Origin: the human T2T-CHM13v2.0 reference genome, Homo sapiens
Strand: one strand, 5' to 3'
Assembly: GCF_009914755.1 (NCBI RefSeq)
Contig: NC_060942.1
Length of the DNA stretch: 64,000 bases
The notes under the pieces were generated by a model. It searched no databases, was not told the DNA's origin, and was given only the letters and a program-made list of their open reading frames with translations. Below, piece after piece: positions 1-12,807 of the stretch. Position 1 is the first letter of the stretch; each line of letters opens with the position of its first letter. A program made the position numbers and the translations under genes.

Positions 1-1904
1 ACTAGATACTCATATCTAGAGACCAAGATCTGAGTCCAAGGTGTGTGCTTATTGCATCAATCAGTTTCAGGGTGGCAGAGTTAAGAAATGCGCATATGTG
101 TACTTCTGTATATATACCTGTGTTTCCATATGTCTGTCATCTGTGATCTATCTTTGTACCTATCTATATATACATCCCCATTTATCTATTCAAAATGATG
201 AGCATACTGGTACCACCCATCCTAACACTTTACTATGGGATATATGCTGGCCTTTCCTCTTTATCATTATATTTACAATTCCCTTTTCCAACAGAAAAAA
301 ACCCTGACTGTTATATTCCAAATATATTTAAGTACTTTCCCAGAATACACACACACACTTCAAAATCATCAATACATACCACCATGAAAAGCACATAATA
401 ACTAGATTTTAATAGTCATTTATGCTTGTTTTTGAAGTTGATTTTATATAATATGGAAGGCACAGATCTTCAATGTGCAATATGTTGCACATTGTGTAAT
501 ATGTTGAGCTTTGGCAATGTGATGACCTGTGCAAGTCATATGTCTATAGAAATATAGAATTTTTCTTTATTACTTTCTTAGGTAAATATACACCATAGAC
601 AACCGTGTTTTTAAAATTACTATTAATGAAATTCGTATCTCCCAATAGTTGTATAAATAGAATTATAAATGTTTATAACATGTGTCTGGGTTTATCACAC
701 AGCATGAAATCTGTGGGGCTCATGAACGTTAGAATGCTAACAGTTTTTGTTGTTGTTGATGGTGGTTGTCAAAGAATATTCTATTACATGAGTTTACCAT
801 AGTTAATATTTTACAGATAAATAGTTTTAGATTGTTTCCAGGTTTTGCTGTTATAAATAAAGTTTCTGTGAACATTCTTATAAAAGTATTTTTGTAGAGA
901 AATGTTTTATTCACTCTTGGATAAGACAACTGGGAGTGGAATTATTGGATCATGGAGTTTAATTTGATGACAAACTGTCAAATATTTTACTAAGTAGTTG
1001 TTTCATTTCGCATTTGTGCCAACAATGTTTGATAGATCCCACTATTTCACACACTTACCCATATTTGGTACTGCAAATCTTTTTAATTTTAGCCATGATA
1101 GTAAGTAGGTATATCTAATTTTGTTTTTAAAAAAATATCCTGGTAAACCATACTAACCAATTTCTATGTGTTTATTCACCATTTATATATCCTCTTTTGT
1201 AATACTCAAATGTTTATTTTAAATTTTAAATATGCTTAAATTATTTTAGATATAAATTCCTTGTCAAATATATACATATATATCACAAAATATTTTCTTC
1301 AAAACTGTGTCTTGCCTATTCAATTTGAAAATTGTGGTGTGATTTAGCATAATAAAGCATTTAAATTTTTATAGAAGTAAAAAAATCAAGATTTATTATT
1401 ATTATTATTGTCATTATTATTCTACTCTATGTTCTATGCAAAAAATCCTTTTCTACTTCCCAGGAGCAAAAGTATTTTCCTATTTTTCTTCTAGGAGGTT
1501 TATAATTGTGACATTTTCATTTGGCTTGCTTTATATCTCAAATTAATATTTTGTGTACAAAGTAAGTAGAAATTCACTTTTCATATGTGTAGTCACATGT
1601 TCTAAAACCATTTCCTAAAAATACTTTTATTTACCATTAGAGAATATTTGTAAAAAAATACTAAGTAAGTGGAGGTCTATTTCTGTGTTCCTAGACCTGT
1701 TGTATAGGCCTTTTTTTGTACTCTTATTCCAATAAAGTACTATCATGGATATTATAGTTTTATTGTAAATCTCAAAGTCTTCAAGAATCTGTTCTCTAAC
1801 ACTTACCTATTTCAAAATTGTATTGACAATTCTATAACTTTTTCATTTCCATTAAATTTCAGAATCAGCATGTCAATTTATGTAAAAAGACTTGCTAAAA
1901 GTAT

Positions 1905-2860
1905 TGATAGCAGCAGGAGACAGTAAAATTCCTAGGCAGACAGGGATAGGTGGGTCCCCAGTGAAACCCAACTTTCAAGACAAAGACAGATTGAAGCCTG
2001 AAAACTGAGCTGCCAGTTCCAGATAGAGTCCACAACTTGAGTGAGAACTTTCTCAATGCCTTTTAGTCAATCAAAAGGTGCTTTTTCCAATACTACTCAT
2101 GGACCAATCAGCACACACTCTCTCATTCTGAGCCCATAAAAACCTTGGACTCAGCCAAACAGAGGGCTACCCACTTCCAGGCCCCCTCTCACACAGAGGA
2201 CTACCTGCTCTTGGGTCCCCTCTGCTGAGAGCTTTCCTTATGTCACTCGGTAAAATTCTTCTCTACCCTACTCACTCTCCTGTTGCCATGGACCTTATTA
2301 CTCCTGGTCATGGGACATGAACTCAGAACTCACCAAGCTGAGGGTGGTGGGGCCAAGTGAGCTGTAACATGCCCCCGGTTCACTAAGATATAGGTGGAGA
2401 GAATAAATGAGCTGTGACACATCCCTGTTTGCTGAGCTGCACGTGGGAGGAAGAAGAGAGAGCTGTAACATTTCTTGAGGGCTCAGACCTTGGGATTTCC
2501 TGGGCAAGAGCTGGAACACCCCTTGGGGCTCCACAGTTGCTGGGATCTTCAAGTTTTGGGGAAGCACTCACTGTGTTCCCCACATCTAGATGCTGGAGCC
2601 CAATGAGGAAGCCACTCGGGATGCCCAGTTCAGCCATGAGACAAGCATGGATCCCACAATAGGCATGGGATCCATGCCAGGGTGCAAGCTGAGCACAGGG
2701 TGCCCGGCTGAGTGGATTGAGGGAGCCCAGTGGGCCCAATTGAGGCTCCAGGAAGAGATCATGGTGGCTGCAGAGATTTCTGGCTGGCAAAGCGGCATGG
2801 AAGGAATCTTGTAACACCGTAACCCTCCCTCGCACTCACTGAACTACAAAAGCTGGAACA
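1905..2860 (+). mobile_element. Solo ERV1 LTR, LTR27/LTR28/MER52 group
   Basis: TG...CA ends (tgatagcagcagg...ctggaaca). 4-bp TSD GTAT at 1901-1904 and 2861-2864. CCAAT ('gaccaatcag') and TATA-like 'cataaaa'. Exact subfamily uncertain. Confidence 0.85.
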
Positions 2861-3082
2861 GTATGATTTGGATTGAATGGTCTGTAGGTCAGTTTGGAGA
2901 AAAGCAATACATTGAATACTCCAATCCATGAAAATCATATATCTCTATTTATTCATATTTCCTGTCAGTATTTTTTTGTAGTTTGCAATACAGAGTTTGA
3001 GTATATCTTTTAAAATGTATTCCCAAGTATTTTGTGGTTTTTTAATGCTATTGTAAATGAAATTTACATTCTTTTCCAAATA

Positions 3083-3084
<2 letters not shown>

Positions 3085-3130
<46 letters not shown>
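3085..3130. repeat. (TG)n microsatellite
   Basis: Uninterrupted TG run. Confidence 0.98.
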
Positions 3131-3134
<4 letters not shown>

Positions 3135-3144
3135 AAATTGTGGG

Positions 3145-3208
<64 letters not shown>

Positions 3209-3218
3209 CCCACAATTT
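3135..3218. repeat. Perfect 84-bp palindrome centred on a (TA)n tract
   Basis: aaattgtggggag-(AT)n-ctccccacaattt; the arms are exact reverse complements. Confidence 0.95.
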
Positions 3219-3232
3219 AATTTTGTATATTG

Positions 3233-3735
3233 TGACAGAGCAAGAGCATTGCCGTCTTGGACAAGGCCCTCATTCTAAAGTTCACCTAAAAAAACAAACA
3301 AACAAAAAAACGCCTAAATCCAAAGGGACATCAACCTAATGGCTAAGGTTAGCATGACCATACACCACAAATAACATCTCCAACTAGAAACATCCCAAAC
3401 TCCTCCTTGACCAGAGACATGCTAGACCTGAGATAAACCCCCTCCAGCTGGGAAGATGGTAGATTCAAGGTAACACTCCTCTGGGCCAGAAAGATGTCTG
3501 CCCCAAGATAACCTCCCCTCTTCCCAGAGAGATTCCAACTTCTCCACACACATAAACATTCAAAGCCTGTGATAAGTCCCCTCACCCTAAAACCAATATA
3601 TACTCTTAGTCTGTAAGAGAAAGAGCTCCTGACTGAAATTGGCCAGGAGTGCCTCTCAGCTTTCATCTAAAGAAAACCTGTCTTTGACTGCCAAGCCATG
3701 TTTTGTGTTTCTTTCCTCTTTCTTTAACTCTTACA
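3233..3735 (+). mobile_element. Solo LTR, probably ERVL class (LTR32-like)
   Basis: tgacagagcaagagcattgccgtcttggacaag...ctttaactcttaca. 5-bp TSD TATTG at 3228-3232 and 3736-3740. Confidence 0.8.
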
Positions 3736-3835
3736 TATTGACCTCGTACCTTGTGATCCTACCTACTGCACTTGTTGGTTCTTGTGTTTGTTTTCTGCAG
3801 CACTAAACATTTTCTATGTAAAGAATCATGCCATC

Positions 3836-4027
3836 CTCTGGGGAACATCACACACCAGGGCCTGTCGGGGGAGGAAGGAGGGATAGCATTAGGAGATATA
3901 CCTAATGTAAATGACGAGTTAATGGGTGCAGCACACCAACATGGCACATGTATACATATGTAACAAACCTGCACGTTGTGCACATTTACCCTAGAACTTA
4001 AAGTATAACAAAAAAAAAAGAAAAAAA
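3836..4027 (+). mobile_element. 5'-truncated L1PA 3' UTR with poly(A)
   Basis: Diagnostic L1PA tail 'gggatagcattaggagatatacctaatgtaaatgacgagttaatgggtgcagcacaccaacatggcacatgtatacatatgtaacaaacctgcacgttgtgcac...agaacttaaagtataa' followed by an A tract. Confidence 0.95.
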
Positions 4028-4490
4028 TCTAGGCAATTTATCAACATATCTAAATTAAGTATTAATAAGCAGAGGGTGTATGCAGAATGAGAGAAGAGAT
4101 CAGAATCTAGGGAAACAATGCTATTTGAATGGAGACTATAGGGGCAGAGGGGACAGTTTTCAACAGAAAACTATGCATTGCCCCATTCAGGAAAATCTTC
4201 CAAGCATTACTTAATTCTAGCTTTTTATTGAGTGAGCTAATTTTCAACTCTATAAGTTGTAGGTCTCTAATAGACCTGTAAATTACATCTTGCATAGTAG
4301 AGGTTCAACACGCTTCCCTTGCACTCTGTATTAAGACCAGTTTTGCCACCCTTTATGTATTTCTTTCAACATTCCTGATCTATAAATGTGCCTGCTTATA
4401 CCATCCCCTTTGAACCAGTTATAACATGTGTATGGTAACCACATTAAATGAGGAGATTATTAAAATGTGTTTATTTTAAATCTGCAAAAA
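4028..4490 (+). other. Probable L1 3'-transduced genomic segment
   Basis: Lies between the L1PA poly(A) and a second A tract. ATTAAA at 4459-4464. The whole unit is flanked by a 16-bp TSD, 3820-3835 / 4491-4506 (15/16 match). Confidence 0.8.
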
Positions 4491-5494
4491 AAAGAATCAT
4501 GACATCATCAAATATAAATGAATTCATATTTTTGTTTTCAATCCACATACAATCATATTTTCTTGCCTTACTGCCTTTTTCCCAAACTTAGAGCATTCAT
4601 TATTTCATCACAATTATAATGTGACTCATACATCTTTCATGGAGTCCTCTTACTCAGTTGAGAAATCCCTTTGTATTTCTAATTTGTCAAATTTTTTAAA
4701 CATGAATAGAAACTGGGTCTTTTATATATACCTATTGGGGTGATCACAGGATCTTTCTCTTATCGTCTCTTAATACAGTAAATTGCAACAGTGGACTTTT
4801 GAACATTGAACCAACCTCACATTCTAGGAATGAACACCAATCAGTTAGTGTGTGTTACTTCTATTACATATTGATGGATTTACCATCAGAAAATTCTGTG
4901 AGGAATTATTTGTATTTGTGAAAGTGTTCTGCAATTTTCTTTCCTCATAATATTCTTGTCATGTTTTTTTGTATTAGGTTATGCTTTCCACATGAAGCAA
5001 GCTTGTAAGTTCTTCCTTGCATTAAGTAACTTAAACCTTTCACAAATTATTTTATAGCAGGTTAGTTTTTACCTTCTAATTCGAAGTGGGGACTGAAGAG
5101 GGCTTAATTAATAAGTTTAAGGCAAAGAATAATTGTAGCACGTCTGTAGTTTTTTAACCAAAAAAGCTTACTCTTCCGATGTAAAACGTGATTCCAAAAA
5201 GTCTTGGCTATATAGTCTACCTATTTTACTGGTACCATCATGTCCCTAGTTTGAACAAGTTGTATTACTCTATCACATTGAAAACACACATTTGTTTCAA
5301 GTATATGTGTAGATGAGGAAGAGCAAAGGAGTCTCTCTGACAGATATATGGATGTTGGGAGAGAGAAGCCCTCTTCTTCCAATGACTGGGAAGTTAAAAA
5401 ACTATGAAGTAGTGACTGCAGGTATAATAGCAATCTTGCCTAAAATGCAAAAGTGTCTTTCTTTGAAGATTAAAGCCCAGCATCTCAAGTCGAT

Positions 5495-5618
5495 TCAGAT
5501 AGGAAGAGAGGCAGAGACAGAGAGAAAGAGGGGGAGAGAGGGGTGGAGTTGGGGAGGGAAGGAGGGGGGGAGAGAGAGAGAGAGAATGATTGAGAAAGAG
5601 AGAGAGAAAAAAAAAAAC
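5495..5618. repeat. GA-rich low-complexity purine tract
   Basis: gagagag/ggggagggaagg runs ending in poly(A). Confidence 0.85.
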
Positions 5619-6636
5619 TCAGAATAAAGTGGAGTAACCATACATGCTGGTTTGCCAGGGAGTTTTACCCTTGTTGTGTAAAAATTCATGCTTTTAAAAT
5701 TAATTTTAGAAATTGTCTCTTACTCTGAAACATGTCTTAATAATGGATTATATGTTCACTCTTCCTAAAAATATTGTTTGCGTTCCTAGGGTCTGGCTAT
5801 ACTGTAAGCCAAATATAACCTAGATTTTCCAATTATATAGAATATTACTTCTCCATTCTTGCTTAAGGTAGATCAATTGGATTTCTGTCACTTGTAAACA
5901 TATTAATCCTGAATATGGCTAAAATCTGGCAGAATTGGGATTTATGCCTTTATTTGCTTAACTCTGGGGTCAATGATTTTTACCTTATTCCATCTATTAA
6001 AACAAAAGTGTCAAAGTATTATTTTTTTTCGGATTTCCTGGCTTTTTAACTTGATAAACCTAAGACATTTTCATAATTGCACAAATGTTATCCAGAGTAT
6101 AAGTTTTTGATACATATGTTTAATTGTAATTAAATTTTCTATTATTGAGTGCTTTTAATGTTTTTTTATTTTCTACCAATAGAAATATAATTCAGAACTA
6201 AATTTGAAAGTAGTGGCATTTTTGGTTTTCCCTGAGTGGCCCATAAAGTTATAATTTGAGTGCTAGAATAAAACTTCGATATCACTGGGCTGGGTTTTTT
6301 GTTTTTTTTTTTTTTTTTTTACATATTGGGGTAAAAAATTGTCTTATTTATCTTGAACTTTACATATTTTGCCCACAATTTTTCTTGGGATTTGATCAAG
6401 TTTTACTTTGTTTTCTTTTATTTCTGTGTGAAATTGTAATGCCACATGTATATGTTATCTTCACAAATATTTGTCATCTATTCCGCTCCCTATCATCTGT
6501 CTTCTTCTTGTAGATCTTATCATTTTTTCATATACTCTTTACATGAAAATGAAACTACTTTAATGTATTCTCTTTTGTTTTCTAAAAAAACAAACACATT
6601 ACAGTATCAAAATTAGAATATCAGATGTAATATTTT

Positions 6637-6938
6637 ATTTTTATTTATTTATTTATTTTTGAGTTGGAATCTCTGTCACTAAGGCTGGAGTCCAGTGACA
6701 TGGTCTTGGCACACCACAACCTCCGCCTCCTGTGTTCAAGCAATTCTCCTGTCTTAGACTCCCAAGTAGCTGGGATTACAGATGTGTGCCACCATGCCCA
6801 GCTAATTTATGCATTTTTAGCAGAGGTAGGGCTTCACCATGTTGGCCAGACTGGTCTTGAACTTCCGGCCTCAAGTGATCTGCCCACCTCAGCCTCCCAA
6901 AGTGCTGGGAGTACAGGTGTGAGCCACTGCATCCAGCC
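6637..6938 (-). mobile_element. AluS (Sx/Sz-like)
   Basis: Antisense Alu dimer. TSD cagatgtaatatttt at 6622-6636 and 6940-6954. Confidence 0.95.
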
Positions 6939-7248
6939 CCAGATGTAATATTTTTAAATAAATATTTTAGCTACAGGTTCAAAAGTAATGTCTCAATTTA
7001 TAAAACACAATTAAATATACTTTCCATTGATATTCAAATTTGAATTTTGAAATTCAAATTTGTGATTTACCAATTTCTGGCCCCAAAGCATTGTTTTTTT
7101 TTTCTTCTCTAACCCTTAATATCAGCCTTTGTCATAATGTTGATATTGTTTTTCTTTTCTTCCTAACCAGAAAAAATAATGATCACCTATCTGAGAACAA
7201 CAAACAAAATACCGTACACATTAGCACAGACAATAATGCTGGTATTGA

Positions 7249-7604
7249 TGTTAATGGTAAACGGGTATCCAGGTTCTCGGCATCTTGAACAAAGAATTGG
7301 ACAAAATGCACAAACAAAGCAAGGAAAGAATGAAGAGATTTATTGAAAATGAAAGCACACTCCAAAGTGGGAGTGGGCCTGAGCATAATGGCTAAAAGGA
7401 CCCGTTACACAATTTTGGGAGTTTAAACACCTCCTAGAGGATCCTTTTGTTACTTGGGGTACACCTTATATAAAAGGAGAGGGTGAAGTAAAGTTACAAA
7501 GTCATTTACTTGGTCTGTGCCCTATGGAGAGGATATTTCCTGTCATAGCTGAAGTGTGAATCAGCCTTATGTTGCCTGCCTCCAGGCCCTATTTTCCTGC
7601 CTCA
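7249..7604 (-). mobile_element. MER61 3' LTR
   Basis: Reverse complement starts TGAGGCAGGAAAATAGGG and ends TAACA. AATAAA on the minus strand (tttatt near 7339). Confidence 0.88.
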
Positions 7605-7705
7605 TCTCCCCCCGAGAAATGTGATCCCCGTAAATCTTTATGGGAGGCAGAGAAATCAATGGTCTTTTTTCTGTAACTGCTTCATGCTGGCTTGGGGCAT
7701 AGTCC

Positions 7706-7900
7706 CTACCTATTGGGGATCACAGAACTCCCTGTTCTGTCTAGTGGAGGCAGGGTAGTTTCTTGACGGCCAGGAGTGGTGTCTTCACCTGGGAACTGGT
7801 TGAAATTCAAATTTGTGATTTGTTTGAGCCTTTGTTGCATAATTATCTGAAGCTTGATGGTCTCTAGGCCAGAGGAAACGAATTTGGTTAAAAGATTTAA
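7706..7900 (-). pseudogene. Retroviral env TM cytoplasmic-tail remnant
   Basis: ORF 7706..7984 contains LNLLTKFVSSGLETIKLQ, resembling the class I env C-terminal motif (syncytin-1 FNLLVNFVSSRIEAVKLQ). It lies just before the PPT and 3' LTR. Confidence 0.7.
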
Positions 7901-10868
7901 TGGGAATTTCAGGGGGTGGACACCTATGCTGTACCTATGTTGTGAGAAATGTTTGTTATAGAGATTTGCAGCAGAAAAAAACAAAACCTACTCTGTTCTA
8001 GAATCTGTGTGTTTCCTTAAAGTCTTAGCATGAGATACTCCATTTCGGTTTGGTATAGTTTGTTGGGGCCTAGTGCATAAGCCTAGTCCAAAACAATGGC
8101 CTCCCATAATTTTGTTTAAAAAAATTCCTCCTCTTTGGTCAGGCTCTCACTTAGGTGACAGTGTAAACAAAACTTAGGGCCTTAGTGCCACTCTCAGTTA
8201 CCATCATTTTGGGTTTCCAGTCTCAGCAGGTCATTTATAGGTTACAATGTCCTCATGGTTGCACATTTATTTCAGCTCCTGTTATTCCAGTTGGAGAGAG
8301 ACCATACGACATTCTAGAGATGGCTGCATGCAAGCATTTAAAACCTTTGAGAGAATACAGTACACCAGGGAGACTGTTATTATTACTACTGGGGGATAAT
8401 ACCAAGAGTTCAGAATATGCCCTTTACTTAAGGTCCCCACAAACCAAACCTCCTAAAATCAAACAGATCAAAAAATGGGCTAAAGAGTTTACTCACTTAA
8501 TTAAGCAATGTCTTTGTTAATCTCCTACCACTGAATTTCTATAATCTTCATTTGATGTATTTCTCTATAGGCCACAAGTGCTTCTCTGTTTAGCCAACTC
8601 GATTATAACTTTCACAAGATAATTTAGTCTATTGTGTAACTGTAGGCTTTACTGTATAATTTGCTATATACATTTCTAATCATTGCTTCTTTTACTTTAA
8701 ACCATGGAAAAAGGACATAACAAATAATGCCCTTTTAAAAGAATGAAGGCCTTCTGGCAGTGTTCTCTTTGGTCCATGATGTGGGTTAAGAAGAGTGAAC
8801 CAATGTTTTGTTTCGACTGATTATGAGGTAACACATGTACCATTAAAGTTTCTTACCTACATTGGGCCTTCATCTTTTATCTATCAAAGTATAAGGTTGT
8901 CCATGTATAAGGTTTGCTGCAAACTCCTACACAAATAAAATTACACCCCATTAGTGCACATAACAGACCCTTTTCCACTTCTATTGTTCATAGAGGCATA
9001 AGTGAGAAAAAACTTTCAAAGATAAGAGTTTCATGACAGTAAAAATCTTAATCTGCGAACTGGAGAAAAGCTGTTCACATCAAGGATGCCACCTTCTTCT
9101 TGGGAGAAATTTCCCTAGTTAGCTTTACCTCAAGGGTTCCAATGGGTGCACAGTTCCAAAAGCGTGGAGGGACCCTTCTCAGTTGCGAGACCATGAACCC
9201 AAAGCCCAAAGTCCTGAAGTTTCGTTTTAGTGGGGATGGCAAGGACAGTCTTTCTCTGATGTTTCCAGAAGATTCAAACCATAAAAAGCTTTATTTACCT
9301 GGTGAAAATACACTGTAGCATAATAATCTACTGCTATAACATCAACTCTTTTGCATGGGAAAGCTTTTATACAACCAGAAAACATGCACTGAAAATAACA
9401 ATGGAATGAAATCCCTTTATAAAATGTTTAAATGGCCCACCAGGTGACCAAATGTACCTGAAGCTTTGTTTTTCCAGAAATATGGGATCAAGCATTGCTT
9501 ATAAACTATTTTAAAAAATTTCAGCATTAGCTTGTTTAACATGAAAGTATTTTCTTGATATTTAATTCAATTTTTCTGTTTTACTTGGGTTAGTAGCTTT
9601 ATACAAGGAAATTTGGTTATTTCTGTAGTTTACAATAACTTAACATAATAACTATAATTGTGATTGGTAGCATGTACTTAGACATTAGAATTTTAGAAAT
9701 CTCATACTACTTTGGAATATATATTAGTATTATTCACAAAATATAACCTAAAGAAGATTGAACATCATTTTGGCAATCCCATGTACCCAAATGTGGCAAA
9801 TAATTCTGTTTACCTCTTTTCTGAATGTTTTCAGTAAAACATCTATCCAGAAAGCCAGGCATTAGGAAAGACAGTTTTGAAACTGAAGCTTGATTTTGGA
9901 ATTTCAGATTATTATATATTATTTATTTTACCAAAATGATGACTCAGAAATTGTAAAGCAGCAAAAACCTTTTATAATCTTTAAAAAAATTAAAAAAACA
10001 CATTCTACTGTTTTTACACACCTTGCATGTAAAACTGTTTCCAATAGTCTTAATTGCATGTTACAATGGTGACTCTTAGCAATTTTAACTTTAATGTAAA
10101 ACCTGGTAAGTTATGTTCTGATAGTTTGACTGTTTCCAGCATAGTTAGGGCATGGCCAACTCCACATGTCCCCAGGCCTTACCTAGCTGGAAGGCAGGCA
10201 AGTTAAACAATTTTTAAAATCCAAAGAAGCAGTTTATGACCTTAAAGCATTTAGCAAACCTAATATTTGAACATAATTTAGACCACATGTTTACATTTTG
10301 AAGACATTGTATTTTACCAATAATCTTTAAAGCTGTTTTATTTCCCAAAGATTGCTAAAGTCACATGAACTAAAATGCATTACACTTTCTACTTTTCTGA
10401 CAAAATATTTGATTATCCAGTTTACACAGAGAGAAAGAGGCCAGAGACTGACTAGCAGGAAATTGTTATCCTTTTGCTGGCATGCCAGGTTTCTGGGTTC
10501 CCTCTCCCTGAGCGGCTCTGGCAACCCTGCTAGACTGTATGCAAACAGACACATCGCCATAAATTAAGAATATTCATACATAGTGTACAAATTTTGGAGA
10601 AACTAAGCAGGGAGAGAAATATGACTTAAATTCTATTTGTAAGAGTATACTCCACACACTTAAAGTATCAGGCAGCCTAAAAGCCAAAAAGTTAGTTTAA
10701 GGATGAAAAGTTCGTGTGCTACATAAATTCCTGTAGCCTCACAAAGGTAGCTTAGAAATTCCACATAAATGGAACGAATAATGACTCGCTAGAAATGCAT
10801 AGGAAATAAAATAACTATTCACAGAACAAAATAAAATCCTTCCATTAGAAACTAAAAAGCATCATGGC

Positions 10869-10891
10869 TATATATATATATATATATATAT
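10869..10891. repeat. (TA)n microsatellite
   Basis: Direct TA run. Confidence 0.9.
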
Positions 10892-11196
10892 GCATACACA
10901 AGCAAAGCCAGAAGAGAATAAACAGCAAATGAATGAAAACTAGAAACAAAAACAAACATGAAATCAACCCTACATTTTCCTACTCAATTTACCCTAGAGC
11001 CTACAGTGTTATCTAAGCCCCTAAAAAGCACATATATTGAATATTTTATTCGTGATACACAATTCAATATCCTTAAGTTCACCATTATCATTGTAAATTC
11101 TGTGCAATCAAGAAATTCACCTTAGGCATGTGACCAATAACTACTTTAGCACTATCCACACAAAACAGTAAACATACAATGAAGATAAGGGTTTAA

Positions 11197-11596
11197 GCCC
11201 TGGTCACCTGCTGCATTCTGAGTCACCCCTGGTCACCTGCTCCCTCCTGAGTCACCCCTGGTCACCTGCTTTGACCTGAGTCACCTTTAGTCCATAATGG
11301 TCTTTCCCACTGAAACTGCTCACCCTGCGACTCTGGATTGTACCCCTGCTCTCTTTAAAATAGCCAACGAAATTAGCTTAGACTGTGCCATCCAACCCTA
11401 GCCAACAGGGGAACGACACAGCAGTAGGGGCCACCTGTGTCAGGAATAAAAACCCCTTCCCGTCCCTTGTTCAAGTGTGCTCTTGCCATTGTTCCATCTG
11501 TGAGACACACCCTTCTTTAGAAGTAAAATTGCCTTGCTGAGAAAATTCATGTTCAAGTGCTATTTCTTTTGTGGCATTGAAAATTTATTTCCAACA
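11197..11596 (+). mobile_element. 5'-truncated LTR10-family (HERV-I) LTR nested in MER61-int
   Basis: 29-bp tandem units containing TGAGTCA. The 3' end 'ttgccttgctgagaa...gttcaagtgctatttcttttgtggcattgaaaatttatttccaaca' is homologous to the LTR at 12808-13344. Confidence 0.75.
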
Positions 11597-11784
11597 TAGA
11601 TATGAGCATTTACAGGTAAGAATAATTCCACAATTTTAGAACTATTTCCCCTATCATAACCCTTTCTTAATTGGAAATGACCGAGATATTGAGTATCAAA
11701 AATAACTTTAAGATTTTAATTTACAAGAAAGTTTACCTAAAATGTTTATCCCATTCACTGTACTTAATTTTTTACTTTTAGCAA

Positions 11785-12030
11785 GGGAGGCATGAGACAT
11801 CAATCAACATGTGTAAAACAAACATTGGTTTGGTCCGGAAAGGCAGGACAACTTGAGGCGAGGAGGGGGCTTGGAAGCTTTCAGATTACAGGGGGGAGAC
11901 AAACAGTTGCATTCCTTTGAGTTTCTGACTAGCCTTTCTTCAAAGGAAGCAGTTGGATATGCGTTTATCTCACTGAGATTTTGAATAGAATGGGAGGCAG
12001 GCTCCCCAGAAGCAGCTCCCAGCCCGAATT
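11785..12030 (-). mobile_element. MER4A-like LTR fragment within the provirus interior
   Basis: 'catgagacatcaatcaa...cattggtttggtccggaaaggcaggacaact...gttgcattcctttgagtttctga' matches my recollection of MER4A/MER4A1. Confidence 0.6.
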
Positions 12031-12449
12031 AACACTGACATTTTAAAATATCTAGCAAAGACAAACATAAAATTCAGACAAAATGTATGCTGACAATTCT
12101 GAAGGCCTTTCTATTTTTGTTCCACAAATAATTTTAAAGATAGCTTGTTTAGTAAAGTTATATTTAGGTCACATGGCCTTGAAAATTGCTTAGTCTTATT
12201 TGCTTAATTTATGAGTGCTCTTTTACTTATAAGCCAATTTGGTAGACAAAACATATAACAATAAGTGTACATACAAATAAACACATTTAGACATATATAC
12301 ACACACATAAATGAAGATCTGACAGCTTGGAATCTTAGCCATAAGATAGCAATATAAGCTTGCCATTTTTACTTTACCCTAATACATAATCCAAGGAAGG
12401 CTGCGAACCAAAATTTTGGCTAAAGCAGTCTCCAAGGCAGTTTGATTTT

Positions 12450-12745
12450 ATTTTTTTTTTTTTTTCAGATGGAGTCTCGCTCTGTCACCTGGGATCAAGT
12501 GCAGTGGCGTGTTCTTGGCTCACTGCAACCTCTGCCTCCTGGGTTCCAGCAATTCTCCTGCCTCAGCCTGACAAGTAGCTTGGACTACAGGTGTGCACCA
12601 CCATGCCCTGCTAATTTTTGTATTTTTAGTAGAGATGGGGTTTCACCATATTGTTCAGGCTGGTCTGGAATTCCTGACCTCGTGATCTACCTGCCTCAGC
12701 CTCCCAAAGTGCTGGGATTACAGGCATGAGCCACCATGCCCGGCT
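12450..12745 (-). mobile_element. AluS (Sg-like) nested in the provirus
   Basis: Antisense Alu with 'cctgacctcgtgatc'. TSD cagtttgatttt at 12438-12449 and 12748-12759. Confidence 0.95.
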
Positions 12746-12807
12746 GACAGTTTGATTTTTAAAGGCTAAATCTCCCCAGACTCCAAGGAGCACTGGGACG
12801 AAACAGT

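Larger units (their letters stand above)
420..5010 (-). mobile_element. Ancient L1M (L1ME/MC-like) 3' end and ORF2 remnant, antisense, interrupted by two solo LTRs, microsatellites and an L1PA insertion
   Basis: Degenerate antisense L1 ORF2 motifs, e.g. 'gtttagattgtttccaggttttgctgttataaataaag', 'gggagtggaattattggatcat', 'ttccattaaatttcagaatcagcatgtcaattt' and 'ttgaaccaacctcacattctaggaatgaac'. The sequence resumes across each insertion. Boundaries approximate. Confidence 0.75.

Noticed and set aside
6664-6948. Alu-derived ORFs (also 12442, 34379, 38455, 44220, 48211, 50639, 60017)
   Set aside because: Typical Alu translations (e.g. [13 protein letters not shown]), not genes.
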